A DNA stretch of 64,000 bases. It comes from an uncultured Caulobacter sp. Lineage in GTDB: Bacteria > Pseudomonadota > Alphaproteobacteria > Caulobacterales > Caulobacteraceae. How positions within the stretch are numbered: position 1 is the stretch's first letter; every line of letters begins with the position of its first letter. Shown here in pieces: positions 46,545 through 55,512 of the stretch. Where the stretch lies: the NCBI GenBank assembly GCA_966252285.1, contig CBINOL010000009.1, positions 743 through 64,742 of the forward strand, read 5' to 3'. A program made the position numbers and the translations under genes. Below the pieces are notes generated by a model, which made no database searches, had not been told where the DNA came from, and saw only the letters and a list, made by a program, of their open reading frames with translations.

Positions 46545-48875
46545 ATGGTCATCCGTTCCAAAACCGCGCGTGGCGCGACCGCCAACGCCGGGGTCTTGCG
46601 AGGGCTGGCCGTGACCGTCGCTGCTGCGGCGGTGCTGCAGGGGATGAGCGCGACCGCCGCCTGGGCCGAGGACGCCGACACCGATTCCAACACCGTCGAG
46701 CGGGTCGAGGTGACGGGCCTGAAGGCGCGCCGCGCCGCCGCCGGCACCAAGACCGAGACCGCCCTGATCGAGACGCCGCAGAGCATCACCGTCATCGACG
46801 GCGACGAGCTTTCGCGCCGCAATGTCCAGTCCATCAACCAGGCCCTGGGCTTCGTCGCCGGCGTCTCGCCCAACCAGCGCGGCGGCATGGTCACGCGCTA
46901 CGACCAGCTGGTCGTGCGCGGCTTCGCGCCGGGCGTGTTCCTGGACGGTATGCGCCTGATCGCCGGCCCCTATTCGACGCCGCAGATCGACTTCAACCGG
47001 ATCGACCACATCGACATCGTCAAGGGCCCGGCCTCGGTGCTCTACGGCAACTCCACGCCCGGCGGCCTGGTGAACCTGGCCAGCAAGCTGCCGGAAGAGG
47101 GCAGCTTCGGGCGCATCGAGGGGCAGCTCGGCAACTTCGACACCCGCCGCGCGGCCGTGGACGTCAACGCGCCGCTCGACAGCCAGGGCAAGTGGCTGGG
47201 CCGCGTACTGGCCGGCTGGCAGAAGGGCGACGGCATGACCGACGGCACCTTCAGCGAGCGCTACCACGTCAGCCCGATGGTGACGTTCGAGCCGACCGCC
47301 GACACCAGCCTGACCCTGGTGGGCGCCTACCAGCGCGCGCCCAGCGGCGGCGGCTATTCGGGCGTCCCGGCCTATGGCTCGGTGCTGCCCAATCCGTTCG
47401 GCAAGCTGCCGCGCGAGATCAACACCGGCGATCCGGGCTATGAGCGCTACGACCACAAGGCCGGGTCGGTGGCGGCCTTCTTCCGCCACGACTTTAACGA
47501 GCATCTGACCTTCCGCTCGAACGCCCGCTTCCAGAACAACAAGCTGTCCTACCGCCAGCTGTATGTGGGCGGCTTCGCCACCACGGGCGTGGGCGCGGCC
47601 CGCAACAGCGACTATTCGACCATCATCCGTGGCGGGGGCGGCGCCGACGAGGACTTCGATACCCTGACCCTCGACAACCAGGTCAGCGCCCGCTTCGAGA
47701 CTGGCGCGGTCAAGCACCAGGTGCTGGCCGGCTTCGACTACCAGAAGATCACCGGCGAGAACTTCCAGCAGTTCAACACCGGCCAGAGCAGCAATCCGTT
47801 GACCAGCATACCCAACCTGTCGCTGTTCGCGCCGACCTATGGCGGCACGCTGCCCAGCATGGACCTGACGGTCCTGTCGTCGGCCTATGTGAACACCTAC
47901 AGCCGCCGCGAGCAGAAGGGCCTCTACGCCCAGGACCAGATGACCATCGGCCGGCTGCAGCTGATCGCCAGCGGTCGCTACGACTGGTACGAGCAGGTCA
48001 CCGACAACAAGAAGAACAACACCTCCAGCACGCTTGAGCAGAACGCCTTCACCATGCGGCTGGGCGGGCTCTACGACCTGGGCGCGGGCCTGGCGTCCTA
48101 TGTCAGCTATTCGGAATCCTTCGAGCCGCAGGCCGGCACGACCTGGCAGGGCGAGGCCTTCGTGCCCGTCACCGGCCGTCAGCTCGAGGGCGGCCTTAAG
48201 TACCAGCCCAAGGGCACCTCGGCCCTGTTCACCCTGTCGGCCTACCAGCTGGAACGCCGCAAGGTTCCGGTCGCCGACCCGCAGGCCGGCACGAACGGCA
48301 TCCCGGCCAATTCGCAGATCCAGATCGGCGAGGTCCGCGTGCGCGGCGTCGAGCTGGAAGGCCGGGGCGAGGTCTCGCGCGGCCTGAACGTGGTGGCGGC
48401 GCTCAGCTACACCGACGCCATCATCACCCAGGGCGCGCCGGCCATCGCCGCCACCGCCACCAACAGCGGCACGCCCACCACGACGGGCACCCGCCAGCTG
48501 GGCGTGCCGGAGTGGGGCGCCTCGACCTTCGTCTCGTACGACCTGGGCCGCGCCGGTCGGGCCACGGGGGCGGCGGCGGGCCTGCGCCTGGGCGGCGGCC
48601 TGCGCTATGTGGGCGGCTCGGACGGCACGACGACCTATGCGGTGATCAACAACGTCACCACCTTCCAGCGTTTCCACACCGACGGCTTCATCCTGGTCGA
48701 CGCCCTCGTCGGCTACGACCTGGGCGCGGCCAAGACCGAGCTGAAGGGCTGGGAAGCGGCCCTGAACGCCGCCAACCTGTTCGACAAGCGGCACATCTCG
48801 GCCTGTCCGTTCAACAACAGCTGCTACTTCGGCTCGGCCCGCACGGTGACGGCGACGCTGCGCTACAGCTGGTGA
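46545..48875 (+). CDS. TonB-dependent siderophore receptor (FhuA/FhuE-like)
   Basis: GTKTETALIETPQSITVI, IDIVKGPASVLYG, C-terminal LRYSW. Confidence 0.95.
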   Translation: MVIRSKTARGATANAGVLRGLAVTVAAAAVLQGMSATAAWAEDADTDSNTVERVEVTGLKARRAAAGTKTETALIETPQSITVIDGDELSRRNVQSINQALGFVAGVSPNQRGGMVTRYDQLVVRGFAPGVFLDGMRLIAGPYSTPQIDFNRIDHIDIVKGPASVLYGNSTPGGLVNLASKLPEEGSFGRIEGQLGNFDTRRAAVDVNAPLDSQGKWLGRVLAGWQKGDGMTDGTFSERYHVSPMVTFEPTADTSLTLVGAYQRAPSGGGYSGVPAYGSVLPNPFGKLPREINTGDPGYERYDHKAGSVAAFFRHDFNEHLTFRSNARFQNNKLSYRQLYVGGFATTGVGAARNSDYSTIIRGGGGADEDFDTLTLDNQVSARFETGAVKHQVLAGFDYQKITGENFQQFNTGQSSNPLTSIPNLSLFAPTYGGTLPSMDLTVLSSAYVNTYSRREQKGLYAQDQMTIGRLQLIASGRYDWYEQVTDNKKNNTSSTLEQNAFTMRLGGLYDLGAGLASYVSYSESFEPQAGTTWQGEAFVPVTGRQLEGGLKYQPKGTSALFTLSAYQLERRKVPVADPQAGTNGIPANSQIQIGEVRVRGVELEGRGEVSRGLNVVAALSYTDAIITQGAPAIAATATNSGTPTTTGTRQLGVPEWGASTFVSYDLGRAGRATGAAAGLRLGGGLRYVGGSDGTTTYAVINNVTTFQRFHTDGFILVDALVGYDLGAAKTELKGWEAALNAANLFDKRHISACPFNNSCYFGSARTVTATLRYSW

Positions 48876-49105
48876 GGCCGGCGGAGGGTCGGCCCGAGCC
48901 GGCCCTCCGGACCCGCTGGAACAGCGATTCCACCCGTGCAGCCTCGGGGCGTTACAGGCGCATAGGCGCGAATAGGTTGTGCGCCCGGCGGCCCGCGATT
49001 TCGCCACGGCAAAAAATGGGCTGGGACCGATGCCGGCGGGCCACGTCGCCTCGGAAGGTGTGCGGCCCTTACGGAAAGCGGTTTCCAGGCCACCTTGGCG
49101 TGCGC

Positions 49106-49166
49106 CGTCACCGCGCTGTCGTCTTTCGTGTTTCTGGCTGACATCCAAATGTAGCGCCCCTGTCAC
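49106..49166 (+). promoter_or_regulatory. Possible Pho-box array (YGTCAY-like half-sites in 11-bp phase)
   Basis: CGTCAC 49106, TGTCGT 49117, TGACAT 49139, TGTAGC 49150, TGTCAC 49161; several are imperfect. Confidence 0.35.
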
Positions 49167-49209
49167 GGCGTCGCCCTAAGCGCCCCTCGCGTTTGCAAGA
49201 GGGGTCCCG

Positions 49210-51807
49210 ATGTCCAAGCCGTTCGCCGCCAGCCGCCTGATCGCCGGTCTGCTCGCCACCAGCGCCCTGTCGGCGCCGCTGCTCGCCCACGCCGCCGAGG
49301 ACGAGGCGCCCAACGCGGTCGAGGAAGTCATCGTCACCGGCCAGCGCGAAGCCCAGCGCGCCGCCATCGCCGTCAAGCGCGACGCCTTCGTGGTGTCCGA
49401 CGTCGTCTCGGCCGACGACATCGGCAAGCTGCCCGACCACAACACCGCCGCCGCCCTGCGCCGCATCCCTGGCATCTCGGTGATGGAAGATCAGGGCGAG
49501 CCGCGCTTCCCGGTCATCCGCGGCCTGCGCTCGACCTACAACCGCACCACCATCGACGGCGCCCTGGTGGCCTCGGTCGACGAGAGCGGCCGCACCGTGC
49601 CGATGGACATCGTGCCCTCGGTGATGGCCGGCCGCCTGGAAGTGATCAAGACCGTGACGCCCGAGAACGACGGCAACGCCATCGGCGGGGTCATCAACGT
49701 CACCACCCGCAGCGCCTTCGACGCGGGCCGGCCGTTCTTCAACGGCATGGCCTCGTACGGCAGCTACGAGCGCCACGGCGACGTGCGCAACGACAAGCCG
49801 TCCTACCGCCTGGCCTTCGCCGCCGGCCGCACCTTCGGTTCGGAAGACCAGTGGGGCGTCGTCATCGGCGCCTCGCACGAGCAGCTCGACTACGACATCC
49901 CGCAGGTCGAGGCCGCCGATCCCAGCGTTCGCGAATACACGGCCGCCGGCGCGCCGGTGCTGTCGGGCGCGGCCAATGGCAACGGCATCCAGGTGCCGAC
50001 CCAGGTGCGCCTGTTCTGGTACAACAACACCAAGCAGCGCAGCGGCGTGAACGGCAAGGTCGAGTACCGCCCGACCGACGACTTCCGCTGGGAAGCCTCG
50101 GCCCTGTTCTCGCGCATGGAGGACGACGAGGAGCGCATCGAGTACCGCATCGAGCCGCTCGGCAACGTCGCCAACCAGACCGCCACCAGCGGCAGCTTCG
50201 CCCGCGGCCGCGGCATCATCCAGCTGAACCAGCCGATCACCAAGCGCGAGATCGGCATGGCCCGCACGGGCTTCGCCTGGAACTTCGCCCCGCAATGGAA
50301 GCTCGACGGCGACCTCGTCTATTCGCAGGCCGGCCTTGAGGTGCCCAACCATTCGGTGGAATTCCGCACCGTCGACGCCCAGGGCGCCAACTACGGCTTC
50401 ACCTACGATACCTCAAACCCGCTGTTCCCGATCTTCACCTCGACCAACGAGGCGGCGATGCGCAATCCGGCCAACTACGTGCTGCAGCAGCACCGCGACG
50501 CCCTGACCAAGACTGACGAGAAGACCAGCCAGGCCCGCTTCAACCTGGCCTTCGACGACGACGGCGCCTGGAAGGCCAAGGTCGGCGGCGTGCTGCGCTC
50601 TACCAAGCGCGACTTCACCAGCAGCCAGGTCAACTACCGCGCCGGAACAAGCTTCACCTACACCCTGGCCGAGGTCGACGTGGCCGGTCCCGACCAGCTG
50701 ATCGCCGGCCGCTATCGCTTGAACCCGCGCATCGGCGCGGCCGAGGCCATGGCCTTCTTCAAGGCCAATCGCGACCGCTTCACCACCACCGTCACGGCGC
50801 CCACCGGCAACTACGGCGTCGACGAGGACATCTACGCCGGCTTCTCCCAGGCCAGCTACCAGTTCGGCGACGTCACCGTGCTGGGCGGCCTGCGCTACGA
50901 GCACACCAAGGTTTCGTCCAGCGCCATCCGCAACGCCGGCGGCGTGCTGACCCCGACCAGAAACGACGGCTCCTACGACAACTGGCTGCCCAGCGTTCAC
51001 GTGCAGTGGAAGCCGGCCAACAACTGGATCGTCCGCGCCGCCTGGACCAACACCATCGGCCGTCCGGACTACGGCTCTCTGGCCGCCACCGAGAGCCTGA
51101 GCTTCGACGGCAGCCAGCCGACCCTGTCGCGCGGCAATCCCGGCCTGAAGGCCCGCGAGAGCAAGGGGCTGGACCTGTCGGTCGAGTTTTATCCGCCCGA
51201 CGGCATGGTCTCGCTGGCGGTGTTCAGCAAGGACATCAAGAACGAGATCTTCACGCTGAGCTCGACCGAAACGCTGGATGTCGGCCGGGGCCCCGAGACC
51301 GTGCTGGTCTCCACCCCGCGCAACGCCGAGACGGCCAAGATCAACGGCGTCGAGTTCGCCGTGCAGCAGGCCTTCACCTTCCTGCCCGCGCCGTTCGACG
51401 GCTTCGGCTTCAACGGCAACGTCACCTGGCTGGACACCGAGTTCACGTTCCTGACCTCGGCCGGTCCGCGCGTCACCGGCCTGTTCCAGCAGCCCGAGAT
51501 CACCACCAACGAGTCGATCTACTACCAGCGCGGCCCGTTCGAGGCCCGGATCTCGCACAACTACATCGGCGGCCAGCTGGAGACGATCAACGACGCCAAC
51601 CCCAATTCCGACCAGTACTGGAAGGGCCGCCACGTGTTCGACGCCAGCCTGTCCTGGCGCTTCGCCGACCACTACACTGTCTTCGTCGAAGGCCAGAACC
51701 TCTCCAACACCGGCCGCCAGGAAGTCACCGGCCCGGGCCGCGGCTACCTGCAGGAGTGGGCCAACTACGGCCGCACCTACTGGGTCGGCGCGGCGGTCAG
51801 CTTCTAG
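49210..51807 (+). CDS. TonB-dependent receptor (Caulobacter/Xanthomonas type)
   Basis: DVVSADDIGKLPD.N.A.AL.RIPGISV plug, TIGRPDY, LS.GNP.LK, C-terminal AVSF. Confidence 0.95.
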   Translation: MSKPFAASRLIAGLLATSALSAPLLAHAAEDEAPNAVEEVIVTGQREAQRAAIAVKRDAFVVSDVVSADDIGKLPDHNTAAALRRIPGISVMEDQGEPRFPVIRGLRSTYNRTTIDGALVASVDESGRTVPMDIVPSVMAGRLEVIKTVTPENDGNAIGGVINVTTRSAFDAGRPFFNGMASYGSYERHGDVRNDKPSYRLAFAAGRTFGSEDQWGVVIGASHEQLDYDIPQVEAADPSVREYTAAGAPVLSGAANGNGIQVPTQVRLFWYNNTKQRSGVNGKVEYRPTDDFRWEASALFSRMEDDEERIEYRIEPLGNVANQTATSGSFARGRGIIQLNQPITKREIGMARTGFAWNFAPQWKLDGDLVYSQAGLEVPNHSVEFRTVDAQGANYGFTYDTSNPLFPIFTSTNEAAMRNPANYVLQQHRDALTKTDEKTSQARFNLAFDDDGAWKAKVGGVLRSTKRDFTSSQVNYRAGTSFTYTLAEVDVAGPDQLIAGRYRLNPRIGAAEAMAFFKANRDRFTTTVTAPTGNYGVDEDIYAGFSQASYQFGDVTVLGGLRYEHTKVSSSAIRNAGGVLTPTRNDGSYDNWLPSVHVQWKPANNWIVRAAWTNTIGRPDYGSLAATESLSFDGSQPTLSRGNPGLKARESKGLDLSVEFYPPDGMVSLAVFSKDIKNEIFTLSSTETLDVGRGPETVLVSTPRNAETAKINGVEFAVQQAFTFLPAPFDGFGFNGNVTWLDTEFTFLTSAGPRVTGLFQQPEITTNESIYYQRGPFEARISHNYIGGQLETINDANPNSDQYWKGRHVFDASLSWRFADHYTVFVEGQNLSNTGRQEVTGPGRGYLQEWANYGRTYWVGAAVSF

Positions 51808-51830
51808 GATAGAGGCAAGGGAGACCGATC

Positions 51831-52631
51831 ATGATCCTGGAATTCATCGTGGCCCTGGCCATGCAGGCGGAGGCTCCCGCAGCCTCCGCAGCGCCGGTCC
51901 GCAAGGCCGAAACCGTCCGCCGCTACGACGCCGGCGCCAGCCAGGGCGCCGCCGCCGGCCCCAGCGACGTCTACTCCGTCAGCAACTGGCGCATCGTCCG
52001 CTTCGACAAGAAGACCGGCGAGAAGCGCGCCGAGTGGACCGGCGACAAGGCCCGCTTCCCGCACATCAACTCGTGCGCGGTGATCGCCAGGGAGCTGGTC
52101 TGCGCCAGTTCGAACTTTCCGGCCACGCCGCAGGTCAGCACGGTCGAGGTCTTCGATCCGATGACCCTGGTCCACAAGCGCAGCATCTCGCTGGGTCTGG
52201 GCACGGGCTCGATCACCTGGGTCGACCGTCATGACGGCGCCTGGTGGGCGATGTTCGCCAATTACGACGCCAAGGGCGGCGAGCCCCCGCGTGATCACCG
52301 CCACACCACGCTGGTGAAGTTCGACGACCAGTGGCGGCGCACGGAAGCCTGGGCGCTGCCGGCCAGCGTGCTGGAGAAGATCAAGCCGATGAGCATCTCC
52401 GGCGGCGGCTGGGGCCCGGACGGCCGCCTCTATCTCAGCGGCCACGACCTGCCCGAGCTCTATGTCATGCAGCTGCCGATGGGCGGCGGCGTGCTCGACC
52501 ACCTCGACACCATCGGCATGGAGGCCGAGGGCCAGGCCATCGACTGGGACGAAAGCGACAAGGGCATGCTCTACGGAATCACCCGCCGTTCGCGCGAAGT
52601 CCTGGCGATGCGGATCCCTCTGGCGAAGTAG
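51831..52631 (+). CDS. Exported hypothetical protein, possibly beta-propeller
   Basis: Short hydrophobic N-terminus, repeated beta-strand/turn pattern, host-like codon usage, 23 nt after the receptor stop. Confidence 0.75.
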   Translation: MILEFIVALAMQAEAPAASAAPVRKAETVRRYDAGASQGAAAGPSDVYSVSNWRIVRFDKKTGEKRAEWTGDKARFPHINSCAVIARELVCASSNFPATPQVSTVEVFDPMTLVHKRSISLGLGTGSITWVDRHDGAWWAMFANYDAKGGEPPRDHRHTTLVKFDDQWRRTEAWALPASVLEKIKPMSISGGGWGPDGRLYLSGHDLPELYVMQLPMGGGVLDHLDTIGMEAEGQAIDWDESDKGMLYGITRRSREVLAMRIPLAK

Positions 52632-53871
52632 CGCGCGCCCTGGGCGGCGTCCGCGCGGTCGCCGCCCAGAAGGCCAGGGTAATCAGGCTGATCCCCGCGC
52701 CCAGCAGGCATACGCCCGTCCAGCCGGCGCGGGCGTGCACCAGCGGCGATAGCGAGGCGCCGGTCGCACTGCCGATCGAATAGAAGATCATGTAGGCGGC
52801 CGTCAGTCGGCTCTGAGCCTCGGGGCGCACGCGATAGATCAGGCCCTGGTTGGAGACGTGCACGGCCTGCAGGCTGAAATCGAGGATCACGACGCCGAGG
52901 ATCAGCCACAGCAGCGAACTGTCGAGCCCGGCCGCCGCGATCCAGGCCGCTAGCACCAGCGCCAGGGCTGCGCCCGTCGTTCGCTGGCCGTGTCCGGCGT
53001 CGACCCAGCGTCCGGCCCGGGAGGCCGCGAGGGCGCCGGCCACGCCCGCCAGGCCGAAAAAGCCGATCCCGGTGTGCGACAGGTCGTGCGGCGGACCGCT
53101 CAGCTCCAGGGCCAGCGGCGTCAGCAAGGTGGTGACATTGGCGAAGATCAGCAGGGCGATGACGCCGCGCGTACGCAGCACCGGCTCCTCGGCGATCAGG
53201 CGGAAGGTCGAGGCGATCAGGCGCGGATAGGTGAGGGCGGCGCGCGGCTGCGCAACGCGGGGAAGCAGCCGCCAGGCGAGGGCGGCGACCGCCAGGGTCA
53301 GGGCCGCGGAAACCAGATAGACCGCACGCCATCCGGCCAGGTCGGTCAGGACGCCGGCGACAGCTCGCGCCGAGAGAATGCCGATGACGATGCCGCTGGT
53401 CACCATGCCGACCACGCGACCGCGCTGGGACGGCGCCGCCAGCGTCGCGGCGTGGGCCACGATCGCCTGGGCGGCCACGGCCAGCAGGCCGACGGCGCCC
53501 ATCGCCGCCAGCAGCACGCCCGCGTTGGGCGCCAGCGCCACGGCCAGCAGCGCCAGGGCTGAGATCGCGGTCTGGACGATGATCAGCCTTCGCCGGTCGA
53601 TCAGGTCGCCCAGCGGCGCCAGGAGAACCAGGCCCAGGGCGTAGCCGACCTGTGTGGCGCCGACCACGAGACCGGCCGTGGCGGGCGACATCTTCATGTC
53701 GCGGGCCATCACGTCGAGCAGCGGCGGGGCGAAGTAGGCGTTGGCGACGGCCAGGCCGCTGGCGACCATGAACAGCAGGATTACGCCCGAGGGGAGCGCC
53801 GTTTTCGTGTCGTCAGGGCGTGCGTGGTCAATCGCCGCGCCGGGGCGCGCGACGTCGTCTTCGGAATGCAT
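52579..53871 (-). CDS. MFS transporter (YnfM/YdeR-like)
   Basis: PLGDLIDRRRL motif A; about 12 TM segments. Confidence 0.92.
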   Translation of the reverse strand: MHSEDDVARPGAAIDHARPDDTKTALPSGVILLFMVASGLAVANAYFAPPLLDVMARDMKMSPATAGLVVGATQVGYALGLVLLAPLGDLIDRRRLIIVQTAISALALLAVALAPNAGVLLAAMGAVGLLAVAAQAIVAHAATLAAPSQRGRVVGMVTSGIVIGILSARAVAGVLTDLAGWRAVYLVSAALTLAVAALAWRLLPRVAQPRAALTYPRLIASTFRLIAEEPVLRTRGVIALLIFANVTTLLTPLALELSGPPHDLSHTGIGFFGLAGVAGALAASRAGRWVDAGHGQRTTGAALALVLAAWIAAAGLDSSLLWLILGVVILDFSLQAVHVSNQGLIYRVRPEAQSRLTAAYMIFYSIGSATGASLSPLVHARAGWTGVCLLGAGISLITLAFWAATARTPPRARATSPEGSASPGLRANGG

Positions 53872-53891
53872 GGCTGACTCGCGAAGTGTAA

Positions 53892-53950
53892 GGTTTTATG
53901 ATGAAACTGAATTCGGGATATCGATATTGGTTTCATAATGCAACCAATAT
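53892..53950. promoter_or_regulatory. Paired candidate HxlR operators
   Basis: ATATTGGTT-TCATAATGC-AACCAATAT palindrome (53924-53950) and an inverted related site GGTTTTATGATGAAACT (53892-53908). Confidence 0.6.
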
Positions 53951-53982
53951 GCGCGAGCCGACATGATCCAGGGGAGGGCGCC

Positions 53983-54432
53983 ATGGTCGCGCGAAAGAGC
54001 CTGAAGGGAGACAGCTGCCCCAGTGCAAGGGCCTTGGACGCGATCGGCGACTGGTGGTCGCTGCTCATCGTCCGCGACGCCTTCGACGGCCTGTCGCGCT
54101 TCGGCGAGTTTCAGAAGAGCCTGGGCATCGCCAAGAACATCCTGACCGATCGCCTGCGCAAGCTGGTGGAGCAGAACATTCTCGAGGCGGCCCCGGCCGA
54201 CGACGGCGGTGCGCGACTGGCCTATCGCCTGACCGCCAGGGGGCAGGATCTGTTCCCTGTCATCGTCGCCCTGCGCCAGTTCGGCGAGCGGCGGCTGTTC
54301 GCCCCTGGCGAGCCGCATTCGGTGCTGGTCGAGCGCGACACCGGCAGGCCCGTGCGGCTGGCGGTCCTGACCGAGGACGGCCGCCCCATCGATGCGGCCG
54401 GCGCCGTGGTCGTCAAGATTCCCGAGATCTGA
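53983..54432 (+). CDS. HxlR-family winged-helix regulator
   Basis: CPSARALDAIGDWWSLLIVRDAF, RFGEFQKSLGIAKNIL..RL. Confidence 0.93.
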   Translation: MVARKSLKGDSCPSARALDAIGDWWSLLIVRDAFDGLSRFGEFQKSLGIAKNILTDRLRKLVEQNILEAAPADDGGARLAYRLTARGQDLFPVIVALRQFGERRLFAPGEPHSVLVERDTGRPVRLAVLTEDGRPIDAAGAVVVKIPEI

Positions 54433-54548
54433 TTCCTCCTGCGATCAATTCGCATCTATGAACACCTAAGGGGCCCCGACGCCTTGCGAGTCGGGGCTCT
54501 GGCGTTTCATCATCGGGTTCAATCGCTTCCCAGCGCAGGACCCAGCCA

Positions 54549-55325
54549 GTGACCGACCAGGATTCCAAGCAGCGTTCAGGCATCCAGTCGGTCGGCATCG
54601 GCCTGCGGGTGCTGGACGTGCTGGCGACGCTGGACGGCCCGGCCGCCCTGGGCGTGATCGCCCAGGCCTCGGACCTGTCGGCCTCGCAGGCCCACCGCTA
54701 CCTGGCCAGCCTGGTCGCCTCTGGCATGGCCAAGCAGGACGCGGCCACCGGTCGCTACGATCTGGGCCCCGGCGCCCTGCGCCTGGGCCTCGGCGCCCTG
54801 GCCCGGGTCGACGCGTTCCGCGAGGCCGACGAGGCCATCACCGCCTTCTCGCGCGAGACCGGCCGCACGGTGCAGATCGCGGCCCTTGGCCCCAGCGGGC
54901 CGATCGTCGTTCGCTGGGCCATGGGCTCGCCGCCGGTGGCCACCTCGCTGATGGTCGGCTCGTCGTTGCCGCTGCTGCGCTCGGCCACCGGGCACGTGTT
55001 CCTGGCCTTCCGACCCGACAGCCACACCCGCCACATGGTCGAGCGCGAGACGCAGGCCGAGCGAGGCCTGGCGCCCGTCGACGTCGAGGCCCTGCGTCAA
55101 AGGGTGCGCAAGGCCGGCTATTCGGCCATCAGCGGTTCGCTGATCCCGGGCCTTAGGGCCACGGCCCTGCCGATCTTCGACCTCCAGGGCGAGGCCGTCG
55201 TCACCGCCACGGTCCTGGCCACCGACGCCTTCGTGCCCGACCGTGACGACGAGGTCCGCCAAGCGCTGGCGGCCGTCTGCGCCCAGGTGACGACCACCAT
55301 CGGCGGCCGTCGCCCGGCGGTCTGA
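54549..55325 (+). CDS. IclR-family transcriptional regulator
   Basis: GIQSVGIG..VL, AHRYLASL, GRYDLGP, PLLRSATG.VFLAF. Confidence 0.93.
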   Translation: MTDQDSKQRSGIQSVGIGLRVLDVLATLDGPAALGVIAQASDLSASQAHRYLASLVASGMAKQDAATGRYDLGPGALRLGLGALARVDAFREADEAITAFSRETGRTVQIAALGPSGPIVVRWAMGSPPVATSLMVGSSLPLLRSATGHVFLAFRPDSHTRHMVERETQAERGLAPVDVEALRQRVRKAGYSAISGSLIPGLRATALPIFDLQGEAVVTATVLATDAFVPDRDDEVRQALAAVCAQVTTTIGGRRPAV

Positions 55326-55343
55326 GCAGACGTTCAATCTTCT

Positions 55344-55500
55344 TCGTCATCCCGGAAAGCGCGAAGCGCTTATCCGGGACCCAGGGGGACTGGGCTCGGC
55401 GCCTGAATTCACCGCCGGGCGCGGGCGGCATACGCATTGCCCGCCGCCCCTGGGTCCCGACTCTGCGGCCCGCTGCGCGGACCTTCGGCCGGGATGACGA
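55344..55500. repeat. CIR/REP-like intergenic inverted-repeat element
   Basis: Terminal IR TCGTCATCCCGG/CCGGGATGACGA, inner IR GGGACCCAGGGG/CCCCTGGGTCCC, and an AGCGCGAAGCGCT hairpin; lies between convergent genes. Confidence 0.8.
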
Positions 55501-55512
55501 GCTAGAGGGGTC

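Noticed and set aside
48913-49200. Cobalamin riboswitch upstream of the 49210 receptor
   Set aside because: Only fragmentary resemblance (GCCAC...GGAAGG); the B12-box and core stems are absent.
52579-52631. 53-nt convergent overlap of the MFS gene and the exported hypothetical gene
   Set aside because: Short 3' overlaps are common in high-GC genomes; nothing indicates a function.
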